Assembly: GCF_023055435.1 (NCBI RefSeq)
Contig: NW_025964124.1
Location: 1,984,001 to 2,048,000, forward strand
Reading direction: 5' to 3'
Length of the DNA stretch: 64,000 bases
Source of the DNA: Haliotis rufescens
Lineage: Eukaryota
Position 1 is the stretch's first letter; each line of letters opens with the position of its first letter. The notes beneath the pieces are model-generated. The model was not told where the DNA came from and ran no database searches. It saw nothing but the letters and a program-made list of their open reading frames with translations. Below, one piece after another: positions 49,835 through 61,276 of the stretch. Both the position numbers and the translations under genes were made by a program.

Positions 49835-51960
49835 CTACCTTTATTTTTCCATAACTTCTCATGACATAAATTGTCATTATGCAAAGAAGATATGATTAAA
49901 TATCATTGTTACCCAAGATGTGGTTTGCTCATTTTGTTTCCATTTACTTTTAAGTGTTAATGGATACATTGTCTCTGAAAATGAAGATTGGTTAGAGAAA
50001 TGTTCAACCAACATTGTCTCAAGTAACATAGATAACTTCTACCTCTTATGGCGTTGTGTGCGCAATCTGTTGGTTAAGTTTACATTTATAAATAGCAAAC
50101 CCAGCAGATGAACCTGTCCTATGTTGAACTGATTTGAGTCTTTATTGTATTTTTATTGTCAGTGGTTCCATTGTCGATGGTTTCGCAAACACCGGATATC
50201 ATCACTATTAGATAGTGGTTCATAAGTGGCCAGAATTGCTCATGATATAGCCAGAATCCAACTTTTCACAGAGATTTCCTATGTATATGGAAAGTGTTGT
50301 GTTGATTTTATTTTCTGGTGACATAGCTAATTATCACCGGATGTTAGGTAAAGCACATTGGATTTCATTTTCTGTGGTTTCAAGACAGGATTCGATCTAA
50401 TTGAATTCACAACACTAGTAGTAATACTGTTACGTGTCAATTCCCAAATTGAAACAATATATTAACGCAGAAATCTGTACGTAAATGAACTTAGTGTGAA
50501 ACCAACAAACAACCAACAAATGGTAAATACTTAACAAGTGTATTACAAAATTAGCCAGGTTTACACATCAATGCATCAAATACTCGCAAATTACGGAACA
50601 CCATTTGCAATGGCAGTACACAATAGGGTGGTAGTACAATATTCAATGACAGTATATAATATGCAGTGGTCAGTATCAAATGCAAAAATACGGTGATAAT
50701 CATAGATTCACCCAGGGGCAAGAGTGGTCAAGCTTCCGAGATGGACCTAAGCAGGGAATACAGGGTGATCTTCACATGGAAGCTGGTCTTGATGTATTAT
50801 CAGATGAAAATGTGTCATGACATGTGCGAGAGATGTTGTAAAGCTCTATACAATGCTGGGCGAATTTCGCTGTTTCCAGCAGTTACCACACCACCGTAGC
50901 ATCAAAATATAGTAACTTCCTGACGACTGTTTACAAAAATAGTACTATGTTCCTGACGCCTGACCACTGTCCAAATTTAATGCAATGAGCGTCAACCGAA
51001 TCGCAACAGAAACAATGCAGCACAGTTACATTCATTGTTCAATAATACAATACACTGGCATATAACAACAATAACAGGTTCTTGTATACATTTACATTTG
51101 TATGTGTCTGAAACAACTCGTTAAAGTAAATCATATTTAAATAAACTAAGCCAATGAGGTGACGCAAATAAACATGAAAGTGGGTGTTATTTAATGTCAC
51201 AGTATGTGTTACTGCTACAACACAGCAACCTCTGTATAATCAAATCTAGACAAGACAAGCCACTGAATGAAAGCATGTGCAACCCTCTACACCGTTGGAA
51301 TACGGAGACACAACACTAGCCACAGAGTCTGATAATATATTCCCAAGTACTGTCGGATCCTGCCATATGATGTCCTGCAACCGAACAAACTACACCATCA
51401 TGCATCAAGGTTAACTGGAGGCATTGATATACATATACAACTATAACTGAGGTATGGTCTCATAAAACGTCACAAAATGAGAAACGTGTCTTTTCAAACA
51501 AGGTATATTTGGCATAAATGTGGCATATTACGCCAGCTCACTGAGCTTAGTGTATCATCACAGCTCTAGTGGACAGACCGCTTGGCTGGAAAACGGAATG
51601 TCGTGGCTAGGTACACGGCCTCATCCTTCCAAAAGACGTTGAAAGATGACACTTGTTGGTTGCCTACCTGGCACTCGGTTGTCTAGGACTCGGGCCATCA
51701 GTTCGGACTAGTACACAGTGCCAGTGGCCATAAATAAAATGCAATGTAGTATAGACAGGCCCCAATTTAACGGTACACCATGTCGCAGAACAAAGATCGA
51801 GGTATCACAATGACTTCATTCACTATGAGGCCCAGTGAGTTTACTTTAATAAGAAATACTTCATTCTGAGAATGATTCAAGTTGTGATTTGGCTTGCACT
51901 TGTATAGATTGGCCACTTTCTTGTCTACAGGCAATCAAATCTAGCTCTTCACGTCATCCA

Positions 51961-52640
51961 TTTATTATCCCCCGCCACGAAGCGGAAGGGGGATATAGGA
52001 ATGGGTGCCGTCCGTCCGTCCTTCCGTTCTTCCGTCCGGCCGTCCTCCCTCCGTCCGTCACATTTCGTTTCCGGAGCAGATCTTGCAAACTGTACCATAT
52101 TCCTTCACCAAACTTGGCATATAGATCAATCTAGTGGTGAACTGGTGCCTTTTGATAGTTTGGGATTTTTAAAAAAAATATCTTTCGAGTTTCCATGGCA
52201 ACGACTTTGATTTAGAATGAAAATGGCAGTAGTCCTCGTTTCCGGGGCAGATCTTGAAAACCGTACTATATTTCTTCATCAAACTTGGCACATAGATAGA
52301 TCTGGTGGTGAACTGGTGCCTTTTGATAGTTTGGGATTTTTAAAATAGTTATTATTCGAGTTTCCATGGCAACAACTTTAATTTAGACTGAAAATGACGA
52401 TAGTCCTCGTTTCCGGAGCAGATCTTGAAAACCGTACTATATTTCTTCATCAAACTTGGCACATAGATAGATCTAGTGTTGAACTGGTGCCTTTTCATAG
52501 TTTGGGAATGTTTTAAAAAGGTATTTTTTGTTTCCATGGCAACGACTTTGACTTAGACTGAAAATGGCGATAGTCCTCGTTTCCGGAGCAGATCTTGAAA
52601 ACCCTACTATATTTCTTTACATAACTTGGCACATAACGTC
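51961..52640 (+). mobile_element. Helentron-associated (HINE/DINE-1-like) non-autonomous element with ~171-bp internal tandem repeats
   Basis: TTATTATCCCCC…GGGGGATAT inverted repeat, (CCGT)n microsatellite, then a repeat marker at 52071, 52242, 52413 and 52583. Confidence 0.7.
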
Positions 52641-53049
52641 ATCTCACAGTGTTGAATACATTTCCTTTCTTGTTGGTAAGTTCTGTATTGCTTGAGTGTA
52701 TGTACCTCCAAAAGTGTCATGGACACAGTTGTTGCATTCACTGACTAACTTCATACCGAAACACATTTTATTACAAATACAACAGTGAAACTGATCTTAA
52801 ACCTACTCAACTGTATAAACAATATATATTCTTGTCAACCATACTCTGTACTTCACTTGCTTGATAATGATGTTAGAACATACACCGAAACCATCGCTCC
52901 TAATTGTAATAAAGAAGTTGTTTGTCCATATGTCTCATCCTTTCTCATTACAAATTCAGTAACAAATTCTATCATAAACTGCAGATGGAAAAATAACACC
53001 AATAATAACTTTTTTTTAGTGCTGCAATTAGGCCATTTACAAAAAGGCC

Positions 53050-54167
53050 CAGTGAACATAGTTCACAGGAGCTAATGCATTGCACACACCCGACATGCTG
53101 GCCAATACGACATCGTCTTTTGCTGGTTGCCAGTCATGCTGGAATCACGGGTAACACTATGGCTGATGATGCAGCAAAGGCAGCTCTCAACAAATCTGTT
53201 GACACCACTTCTGCTACCATACAGTGACTACAAGACTGTCATTAGGTACTATATCAAAGATCTAATGCAAAAGAAGTGGGACAACCAAGTAGGTTCTAAC
53301 AAAGTACATGCAATAAAACCAACTATCGGTTACACTTACTTGGGTTGTCAGTCCAGATTTGAAGAGGTCATTATGCGACGATGTCGTATTGGCCATTCGC
53401 GTTATACACATGTGTATTTATTGCAAAGTGAATATCCTCCATTCTGTATCCCTTGTGATGAAAGAATCACAGTCAAGCATGTCCTGCTTGACTGTATAGA
53501 TTTTTCCATCACAAGGGATAATTATTTCCAGGTTTCATCCATAAAGGATCTTTAATGTAAGCTCTCATTTAATTCTTGGATTTTTTAATGAAATTGAATT
53601 ATTAGATAAATTTTGATTATATATATTGTAAAAAGTAAGTGATTTTAATTTTGGTAGAATGATTCGATAACTGTGATTGTTTATGACTTTACCTTCAAAG
53701 GGGGTTGAAGTAACGTAAAATAGTTGTCCCCCTGCAAGAGTATGTAAGTCCCAGTTCATGCAAAGTATGTTTCATTTCCATGTTTTTAATCGTAGAATTC
53801 TTATTGTTTTTAAATGATTTCGCTAAAAACTTTCTAACAATCACCAGTGGCCAGAGGGATGGTGTAAATCCTGCTTTGGTACCATGCAGAAAGCAGATGT
53901 ACCGTGGTCCCTTTTATAGTGACCTACCTTTGGTTATTGGTGATCTATAGCCCATTTTTATTGTGTACTGTTATGAATTGTTCAAATTTTATGATGATAT
54001 GCTAGTTTTAAATCTACATCTGAAATAGTCTAGTGCTATTACTGTCCTTTGTCGACAGATTTTAATGTCTATATGTATGTATTATTACCTTATAACTTGA
54101 TTTTGTCACTATATGGCTGAAATATTGCCGATGTGACTTTAAATTTTAAGTCACTCACTCACTCACA
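53050..54167 (+). mobile_element. 3' fragment of an I/Nimb-group LINE (RNase H + CCHC), (ACTC)n tail
   Basis: SHAGITGNTMADDAAK, RCRIGHSRYTH, CIPCDERITVKHVLLDC; 3' UTR ends in TCACTCACTCACTCA. Confidence 0.85.
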
Positions 54168-54673
54168 TAACTATTTCCATTATTAATTACCATCCAACCT
54201 TTATACATTCTCCCATGTCTCCCTCGTTCTTACTTTCCAATGGAGGGATAAACAATATATATCACTGGGCGTAATCAGTAATCCACGGCATCGGAGCATA
54301 ATGGCAGTCAATCAGCCATGTCACCGAGCGTGAGCACCTGATCCTATTTAGTCAGCTCCCCAACATCAGAAACTGTAAATATTTCGCTCCATGCTGCAAA
54401 CTCGGTGGACTTATCTGCCAGTAAAAGACCTCCAACAATGTCAACAGGGCAAGGGTGTTCATGGAGAAAATAAAATACAACAATTTGAAATATTTGGAAA
54501 CTGCAGGTGGCCACTCTAAATTCCACTCAACTGATAAAAGTAGGCATGCAAACCTTTGCTTCAGAATGATAGACGAACACACCCTGTTCTATTTAGACAG
54601 AAAGTAGCATATATATACCGAACAGCGAAGTGAGTCCTCGGTGAAGATTGCAGCTCGTGCCCAAGTGTGAGAA

Positions 54674-56242
54674 ATGAGCAGCTGTTTGAGAAGTATGATG
54701 AAAATATTGGTCTTACACTTGTTAATCCTAGGAATAGTCCATGCAAAGAAGAATATTTTATTTTTAGTTTCGGATGATTTGAGACCCAATCTCGGTGCCT
54801 ATGACGGACCAGATGCGCCATCTCCAGTTCATCCAAAGATGCACACACCAAATATTGATGCGCTTGCTGCTAGATCCCTCCTTCTTAAACGAGCCTACGT
54901 CTCAGTGGCTTTATGCAGTCCAAGCAGGACAGCCCTCCTGACCAGCAGACGCCCTGACACAAGCCACATCTGGCTAATCGGACCTTACTTTCGTCAGTAT
55001 GGAGGTAATTTCACTACACTGCCCCAGTATTTCAAACAAAATGGGTACAGAACCATAGGAATGGGGAAAATATTTCACCCAGGCGCATCCTCCGGAGGTG
55101 ACGATCCTGTTTCATGGACTGATCCCTACACCCATGCTACTGATGCGTACATAACTAACAATCTTCTTATTGAAGCGGTCTCCGAGGAGAGAGCTAAGGC
55201 CCAGCCACTACAGGATCAGATTTTGGCAGAGTCTGCCATTCAGGCACTAAAGGAGGTGGCCCCAGAAGCTAGGTCAGGTGAGCGTCCTTTCTTTCTGGCT
55301 GTGGGTTTCCGTAAACCCCATATTACCTGGAACTTTCCCGCACGCTTTAAGGACTACTATCCTCTGGAAAGTTTGAAGCTACCACCAAATTACTATGCTC
55401 CAGTAGGAATGCCTGCTATTGCATGGCATAATTTCAGTAACCTGGCACACTTCAAAGATATGCAAACCTATCACTTGACAAATGTTGGGAACATTAACTA
55501 TACATTTCCAACAATGCTTACTCTAGAAATGCGACAGGCTTATTACAGCTGTGTGAGCTACGTAGATTACGAACTTGGTAGGGTCATTGACGAGCTGGAT
55601 AACCTGGGCTTGACCAATAATACAATAATAGCCTTCTGGGGGGATCATGGATGGCAATTGGGGGAACATGCTGAATGGGCGAAGGAGACGAACTTTGAGG
55701 ATGCAACACATGCCCCGATGATGATTCGTGTTCCCGGGGTCACCGATCATGGTATTGTCACTGAGAAACTAACAGAATTTGTTGATCTCTACCCAACCCT
55801 CGTGGAGGCTGCAGGACTTCCCAAACTTGAGCAGTGTCCACCAGACTCCCAGAATGTCAGTCTGTGCACAGAGGGTACAAGTATGGTGCCACTTATGACG
55901 AACCCGACACTGGAAGCGTGGAAAACTGCAGCATTCTCCCAATACCCCAGAGGAGGCAACGGACTTGAGGGGGACATTGTCATGGGTTACAGCATGAGGA
56001 CAGAGATGTATCGCTACACAGAGTGGATCAACTTCAAAGGCAGGCCTATTTATAAACCCATGTGGGATCAACTACAGGGAGTTGAACTCTATGATCATAC
56101 GAAAGATCCAGAGGAGAATTGGAACCGAGCCGAGGATCCATCTTACAAAGACGTCAGGGTCGAGTTGTCCAGGAACCTGCAGTTAGGCTGGAGAGGGGCT
56201 TTACCTGACAGACACGTCGGAGGTCGTCAACACCACCTGTAA
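54674..56242 (+). CDS. Iduronate-2-sulfatase-like sulfatase, copy 2 (intronless; start 54674 or 54695)
   Basis: Intact ORF, signal peptide, CSPSR motif and all catalytic motifs. Confidence 0.93.
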   Translation: MSSCLRSMMKILVLHLLILGIVHAKKNILFLVSDDLRPNLGAYDGPDAPSPVHPKMHTPNIDALAARSLLLKRAYVSVALCSPSRTALLTSRRPDTSHIWLIGPYFRQYGGNFTTLPQYFKQNGYRTIGMGKIFHPGASSGGDDPVSWTDPYTHATDAYITNNLLIEAVSEERAKAQPLQDQILAESAIQALKEVAPEARSGERPFFLAVGFRKPHITWNFPARFKDYYPLESLKLPPNYYAPVGMPAIAWHNFSNLAHFKDMQTYHLTNVGNINYTFPTMLTLEMRQAYYSCVSYVDYELGRVIDELDNLGLTNNTIIAFWGDHGWQLGEHAEWAKETNFEDATHAPMMIRVPGVTDHGIVTEKLTEFVDLYPTLVEAAGLPKLEQCPPDSQNVSLCTEGTSMVPLMTNPTLEAWKTAAFSQYPRGGNGLEGDIVMGYSMRTEMYRYTEWINFKGRPIYKPMWDQLQGVELYDHTKDPEENWNRAEDPSYKDVRVELSRNLQLGWRGALPDRHVGGRQHHL

Positions 56243-58389
56243 CTACATTTACTGTCCATAACTTCTCATGTCATAAATTGTCATTATGCAAATAAGATAT
56301 GATTAAATATCGTTATAACCAAAGATGTGATTTGCTCATTTTGTTTCCACTTACTTTTAAGTGTGAATGGATATTGATTTACATAAAACAGAAACATTGT
56401 CTCTGAAAATGTAGATTGGTTAGAGATCTGGTCAACCAACATTGTCTCAAGTAACATAGATAACTTCTGCCGCTCATGGCGTTGTGTGCGCAATCTGTTG
56501 GTTAAGTTTACATTTATAAAATAGCAAACCCAGCAGATGAACCTGTCCTATGTTGAACTGATTTGAGTCTTTATTTTATTTTTATTGTCAGTGGTTCCAT
56601 TGTCGATGGTTTCGCAAACACCGGATATCATCACTATTAGATAGTGGTTCATAAGTGGCCAGAATTGCTCATGATATAGCCAGAATCCAACTTTTCACAG
56701 ATATTTCTTATGTATATGGAAAGTGTTGTGTTGATTTTATTTTCTGGTGACATAGCTAATTATCACCGGATGTTAGATAAAGCACATTGGATTTCATTTT
56801 CTGTGGTTTCAAGACAGGATTCGATCTAATTGAATTCACAACACTAGTAGTAATACTGTTACGTGTCAATTCCCAAATTGAAACAATATATTAACGCAGA
56901 AATCTGTACGTAAATGAACTTAGTGTGAAACCAACAAACAACCAACAAATGGTAAATACTTAACAAGTGTATTACAAAATTAACCAGGTTTACACATCAA
57001 TGCATCAAATACTCGCAAATTACGGAACACCATTTGCAATGGCAGTACACAATAGGGTGGTAGTACAATATTAAATGACAGTATATAATATGCAGTGGTC
57101 AGTATCAAATGCAAAAATACGGTGATAATCATAGATTCACCCAGGGGCAAGAGTGGTCAAGCTTCCGAGATGGACCTAAGCAGGGAATACAGGGTGATCT
57201 TCACATGGAAGCTGGTCTTGATGTATTATCAGATGAAAATGTGTCATGACATGTGCGAGAGATGCTGTAAAGCTCTATACAATGCTGGGCGAATTTCGCT
57301 GTTTCCAGCAGTTACCACACCACCGTAGCATCAAAATATAGTAACTTCCTGACGACTGTTTACATAAAATAGTACTATGTTCCTGACGCCTGACCACTGT
57401 CCAAATTTAATGCAATGAGCGTCAACCGAATCGCAACAGAAACAATGCAGCACAGTTACACTCATTGTTCAATAATACAATACACTGGCATATAACAACA
57501 ATAACAGGTCCTTGTATACATTTACATTTGTATGTGTCTGAAACAACTCGTTAAAGTAAATCATATTTAAATATAAATAACCCAATGAGGTGACGCAAAT
57601 AAACATGAAAGTGGGTGTTATTTAATGTCACAGTATGTGTTACTGCTACAACACAGCAACCTCTGTATAATCAAATCTAGACAAGACCAGGCCACTGAAT
57701 GAAAGCATGTGCAACCCTCTACACCGTTGGAATACGGAGACACAACACTAGCCACAGAGTCTGATAATAAATTCCCAAGTACTGTCGGATCCTGCCATAT
57801 GATGTCCTGCAACCGAACAAACTACACCATCATGCATCAAGGTTAACTGGAGGCACTGATATACATATACAACTATAACTGAGGTATGGTCTCATTAAAC
57901 GTAACTAAATGAGAAACGTGTCTTTTCAAACAAGGTATATTTGGCATAAATGTGGCATATTACGCCAGCTCACTGAGCTTAGTGTATCATCACAGCTCTA
58001 GTGGACAGACCGCTTGGCTGGAAAACGGAATGTCGTGGCTACACGGCCTCATCCTTCCAAAAGACGTTGAAAGATGACACTTGTTGGTTGCCTACCTGGC
58101 ACTCGGTTGTCTAGGACTCGGGCCATCAGTTCGGACTAGTACACAGTGCCAGTGGCCATAAATAAAATGCAATGTAGTATAGACAGGCCCCAATTTAACG
58201 GTACACCATGTCGCAGAACAAAGATCGAGATATCACAATGACTTCACTCACTATGAGGCCCAGTGAATTTCCTTTAATAAGACATACTTCATTCTGAGAA
58301 TGATTCAAGTTGTGATTTGGCTTGCACTTGTATAGATTGGCCACTTTCTTGTCTACAGGCAATCAAATCTAGCTCTTCACGTCATCCAT

Positions 58390-59238
58390 TTATTATCCCC
58401 CGCCACGAAGCGGAAGGGGGATATAGGAATGGGTGCCGTCCGTCCGTCCTTCCGTTCTTCCGTCCGGCCGTCCTCCCTCCGTCCGTCACATTTCGTTTCC
58501 GGAGCAGATCTTGCAAACTGTACCATATTCCTTCACCAAACTTGGCATATAGATCAATCTAGTGGTGAACTGGTGCCTTTTGATAGTTTGGGATTTTTAA
58601 AAAAAATATCTTTCGAGTTTCCATGGCAACGACTTTGATTTAGAATGAAAATGGCAGTAGTCCTCGTTTCCGGGGCAGATCTTGAAAACCGTACTATATT
58701 TCTTCATCAAACTTGGCACATAGATAGATCTGGTGGTGAACTGGTGCCTTTTGATAGTTTGGGATTTTTAAAATAGTTATTATTCGAGTTTCCATGGCAA
58801 CAACTTTGATTAAGACTGAAAATGACATTAGTCCTCGTTTCCGGAGCAGATCTTGAAAACCGTACTATATTTCTTCATCAAACTTGGCACATAGAGAGAT
58901 CTAGTGGTGAACTGGTGCCTTTTGATAGTTTGGGAATGTTTTAAAATGTTATTTTTTGTTTCCATGGCAACGACTTTGACTTAGACTGAAAATGGCGATA
59001 GTCCTCGTTTCCGGAGCAGATCTTGAAAACCGTACTATATTTCTTCACCATACTTGGCGCATAGATAGGTCTAGTGGTGAACTGGTGTCTTTTGATAGTT
59101 TGGGAATTTTTTAAAATGGTATTTTTTGTTTCCATGGCAACGACTTTGACTTAGACTGAAAATGGCGATAGTCCTCGTTTCCGGAGCAGATCTTGAAAAC
59201 CCTACTATATTTCTTTACCAAACTTGGCACATAACGTC
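58390..59238 (+). mobile_element. Duplicate HINE-like element with one extra ~170-bp unit
   Basis: Repeat marker at 58499, 58670, 58841, 59011 and 59181. Confidence 0.7.
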
Positions 59239-59647
59239 ATCTCACAGTGTTGAATACATTTCCTTTCTTGTTGGTAAGTTCTGTATTGCTTGAGTGTATG
59301 TACCTCCAAAAGTGTCATGGACACAGTTGTTGCATTCACTGACTAACTTCATACAGAAACACAACTTATTACAAATACAACAGTGAAACTGATCTTAAAC
59401 CTACTCAACTGTATAAACAATATATATTCTTGTCAACCATACTCTGTACTTCACTTGCTTGATAATGATGTTAGAACATACACCGAAACCATCGCTCCTA
59501 ATTGTAATAAAGAAGTTGTTTGTCCATATGTCTCATCCTTACTCATTACAAATTCAGTAACAAATTCTATCATAAACTGCAGATGGAAAAATAACACCAA
59601 TAATAACTTTTTTTTAGTGCTGCAATTAGGCCATTTACAAAAAGGCC

Positions 59648-60770
59648 CAGTGAACATAGTTCACAGGAGCTAATGTATTGCACACACCCGACATGCTGGC
59701 CAATACGACATCGTCTTTTGCTGGTTGCCAGTCATGCTGGATTCACGGGTAACACTATGGCTGATGATGCAGCAAAGGCAGCTCTCAACAAATCTGTGAC
59801 ACCACTTCTGCTACCATACAGTGACTACAAGACTGTCATTAGGTACTATATCAAAGATCTAATGCAAAAGAAGTGGGACAACCAAGTAGGTTCTAATAAA
59901 TTACATGCAATAAAACCAACTATCGGTTACACTTACTTGGGTTGTCAGTCCAGATTTGAAGAGGTCATTATGCGACGATGTCGTATTGGCCATTCGCGTT
60001 ATACACATGTGTATTTATTGCAAAGTGAATATCCTCCATTCTGTATCCCTTGTGATGAAAGAATCACAGTCAAGCATGTCCTGCTTGACTGTATAGATTT
60101 TTCCATCACAAGGGATAATTATTTCCAGGTTTCATCCATAAAGGATCTTTAATGTAAGCTCTCATTTAATTCTTGGATTTTTTAATGAAATTGAATTATT
60201 AGATAAATTTTGATTATATATATTGTAAAAAGTAAGTGATTTTAATTTGGTAGAATGATTCGATAACTGTGATTGTTTATGACTTTACCTTCAAAGGGGG
60301 TTGAAGTAACGTAAAATAATTGTCCCCCTGCAAGAGTATGTAAGAGACAGTTCATTCAAAGTATGTTTCATTTCCATGTTTTTAATCGTAGGATTCTTAT
60401 TGTTTTTAAATGATTTCGCTAAAAACTTTCTAACAATCACCAGTGGCCAGAGGGATGGTGTAAATCCTGCTTTGGTACCATGCAGGAAGCAGATGTACCG
60501 TAAGTCCCCATGGTCCCTTGTATGGTGACCTACCTTTGGTTATTGGTGATCTATAGCCCATTTTTATTGTGTACTGTTATGAATTGTTCAAATTTTATGA
60601 TGATATGCTAGTTTTAAATCTACATCTGTGATAGTCAAGTGTTTCACTGTCCTTTGTCGACAGATTTTAATGTCTATATGTATGTATTATTCCTTATAAC
60701 TTGTTTAGTCACTATATGGCTGAAATATTGCCGATGTGACTTTAAATTTTAAGTCACTCACTCAATCACA
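59648..60770 (+). mobile_element. Duplicate I/Nimb-group LINE 3' fragment
   Basis: ORF 59673-60152 with RNase H and CCHC motifs; same tail as 53050-54167. Confidence 0.85.
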
Positions 60771-61276
60771 TAACTATTTCCATTATTAATTTCCATCCCA
60801 CCTTTATACATTCTCCCATGTCTCCCTCGTTCTAACTCTCCTATGGAGAAATAAGCAATATATATCACCAAGCCTAATCAGTAATCCACGGAATCGGAAC
60901 ATAATGGCAGTCAATCAGCCATGTCACCGAACGATAGCACCTGATCCTATTTAGTCAGCTCCCCAACATCAGAAACTGTAAATATTTCGCTCCATGCTGC
61001 AAACTCGGTGGACTTATCTACCAGTAATGCACCTCCAACAATGTCAACAGGGCAAGGTTGTTCATGGAGAAAATAAAATACAACAATTTGAAATATTTGG
61101 AAACTGCAGGTGGCCACTCTAAATTCCACTCAACTGATAAAAGTAGGCATGCAAAGCTTTGCTTCAGAATGATAGACGAACACACCCTGTTCTATTTAGA
61201 CAGAAAGTTGCATATATATACTGAACAGCACAGTGAGTCCTTGGTGAAGATTGCAGCTCGTGCCCAAGTGTGAGAA

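Noticed and set aside
50666-50899. Short ORFs repeated identically in the duplicated units (also 51889, 52001, 52785)
   Set aside because: Identity reflects recent duplication; they overlap dispersed repeats (similar sequence at ~36900-37260) and have no recognisable domains.
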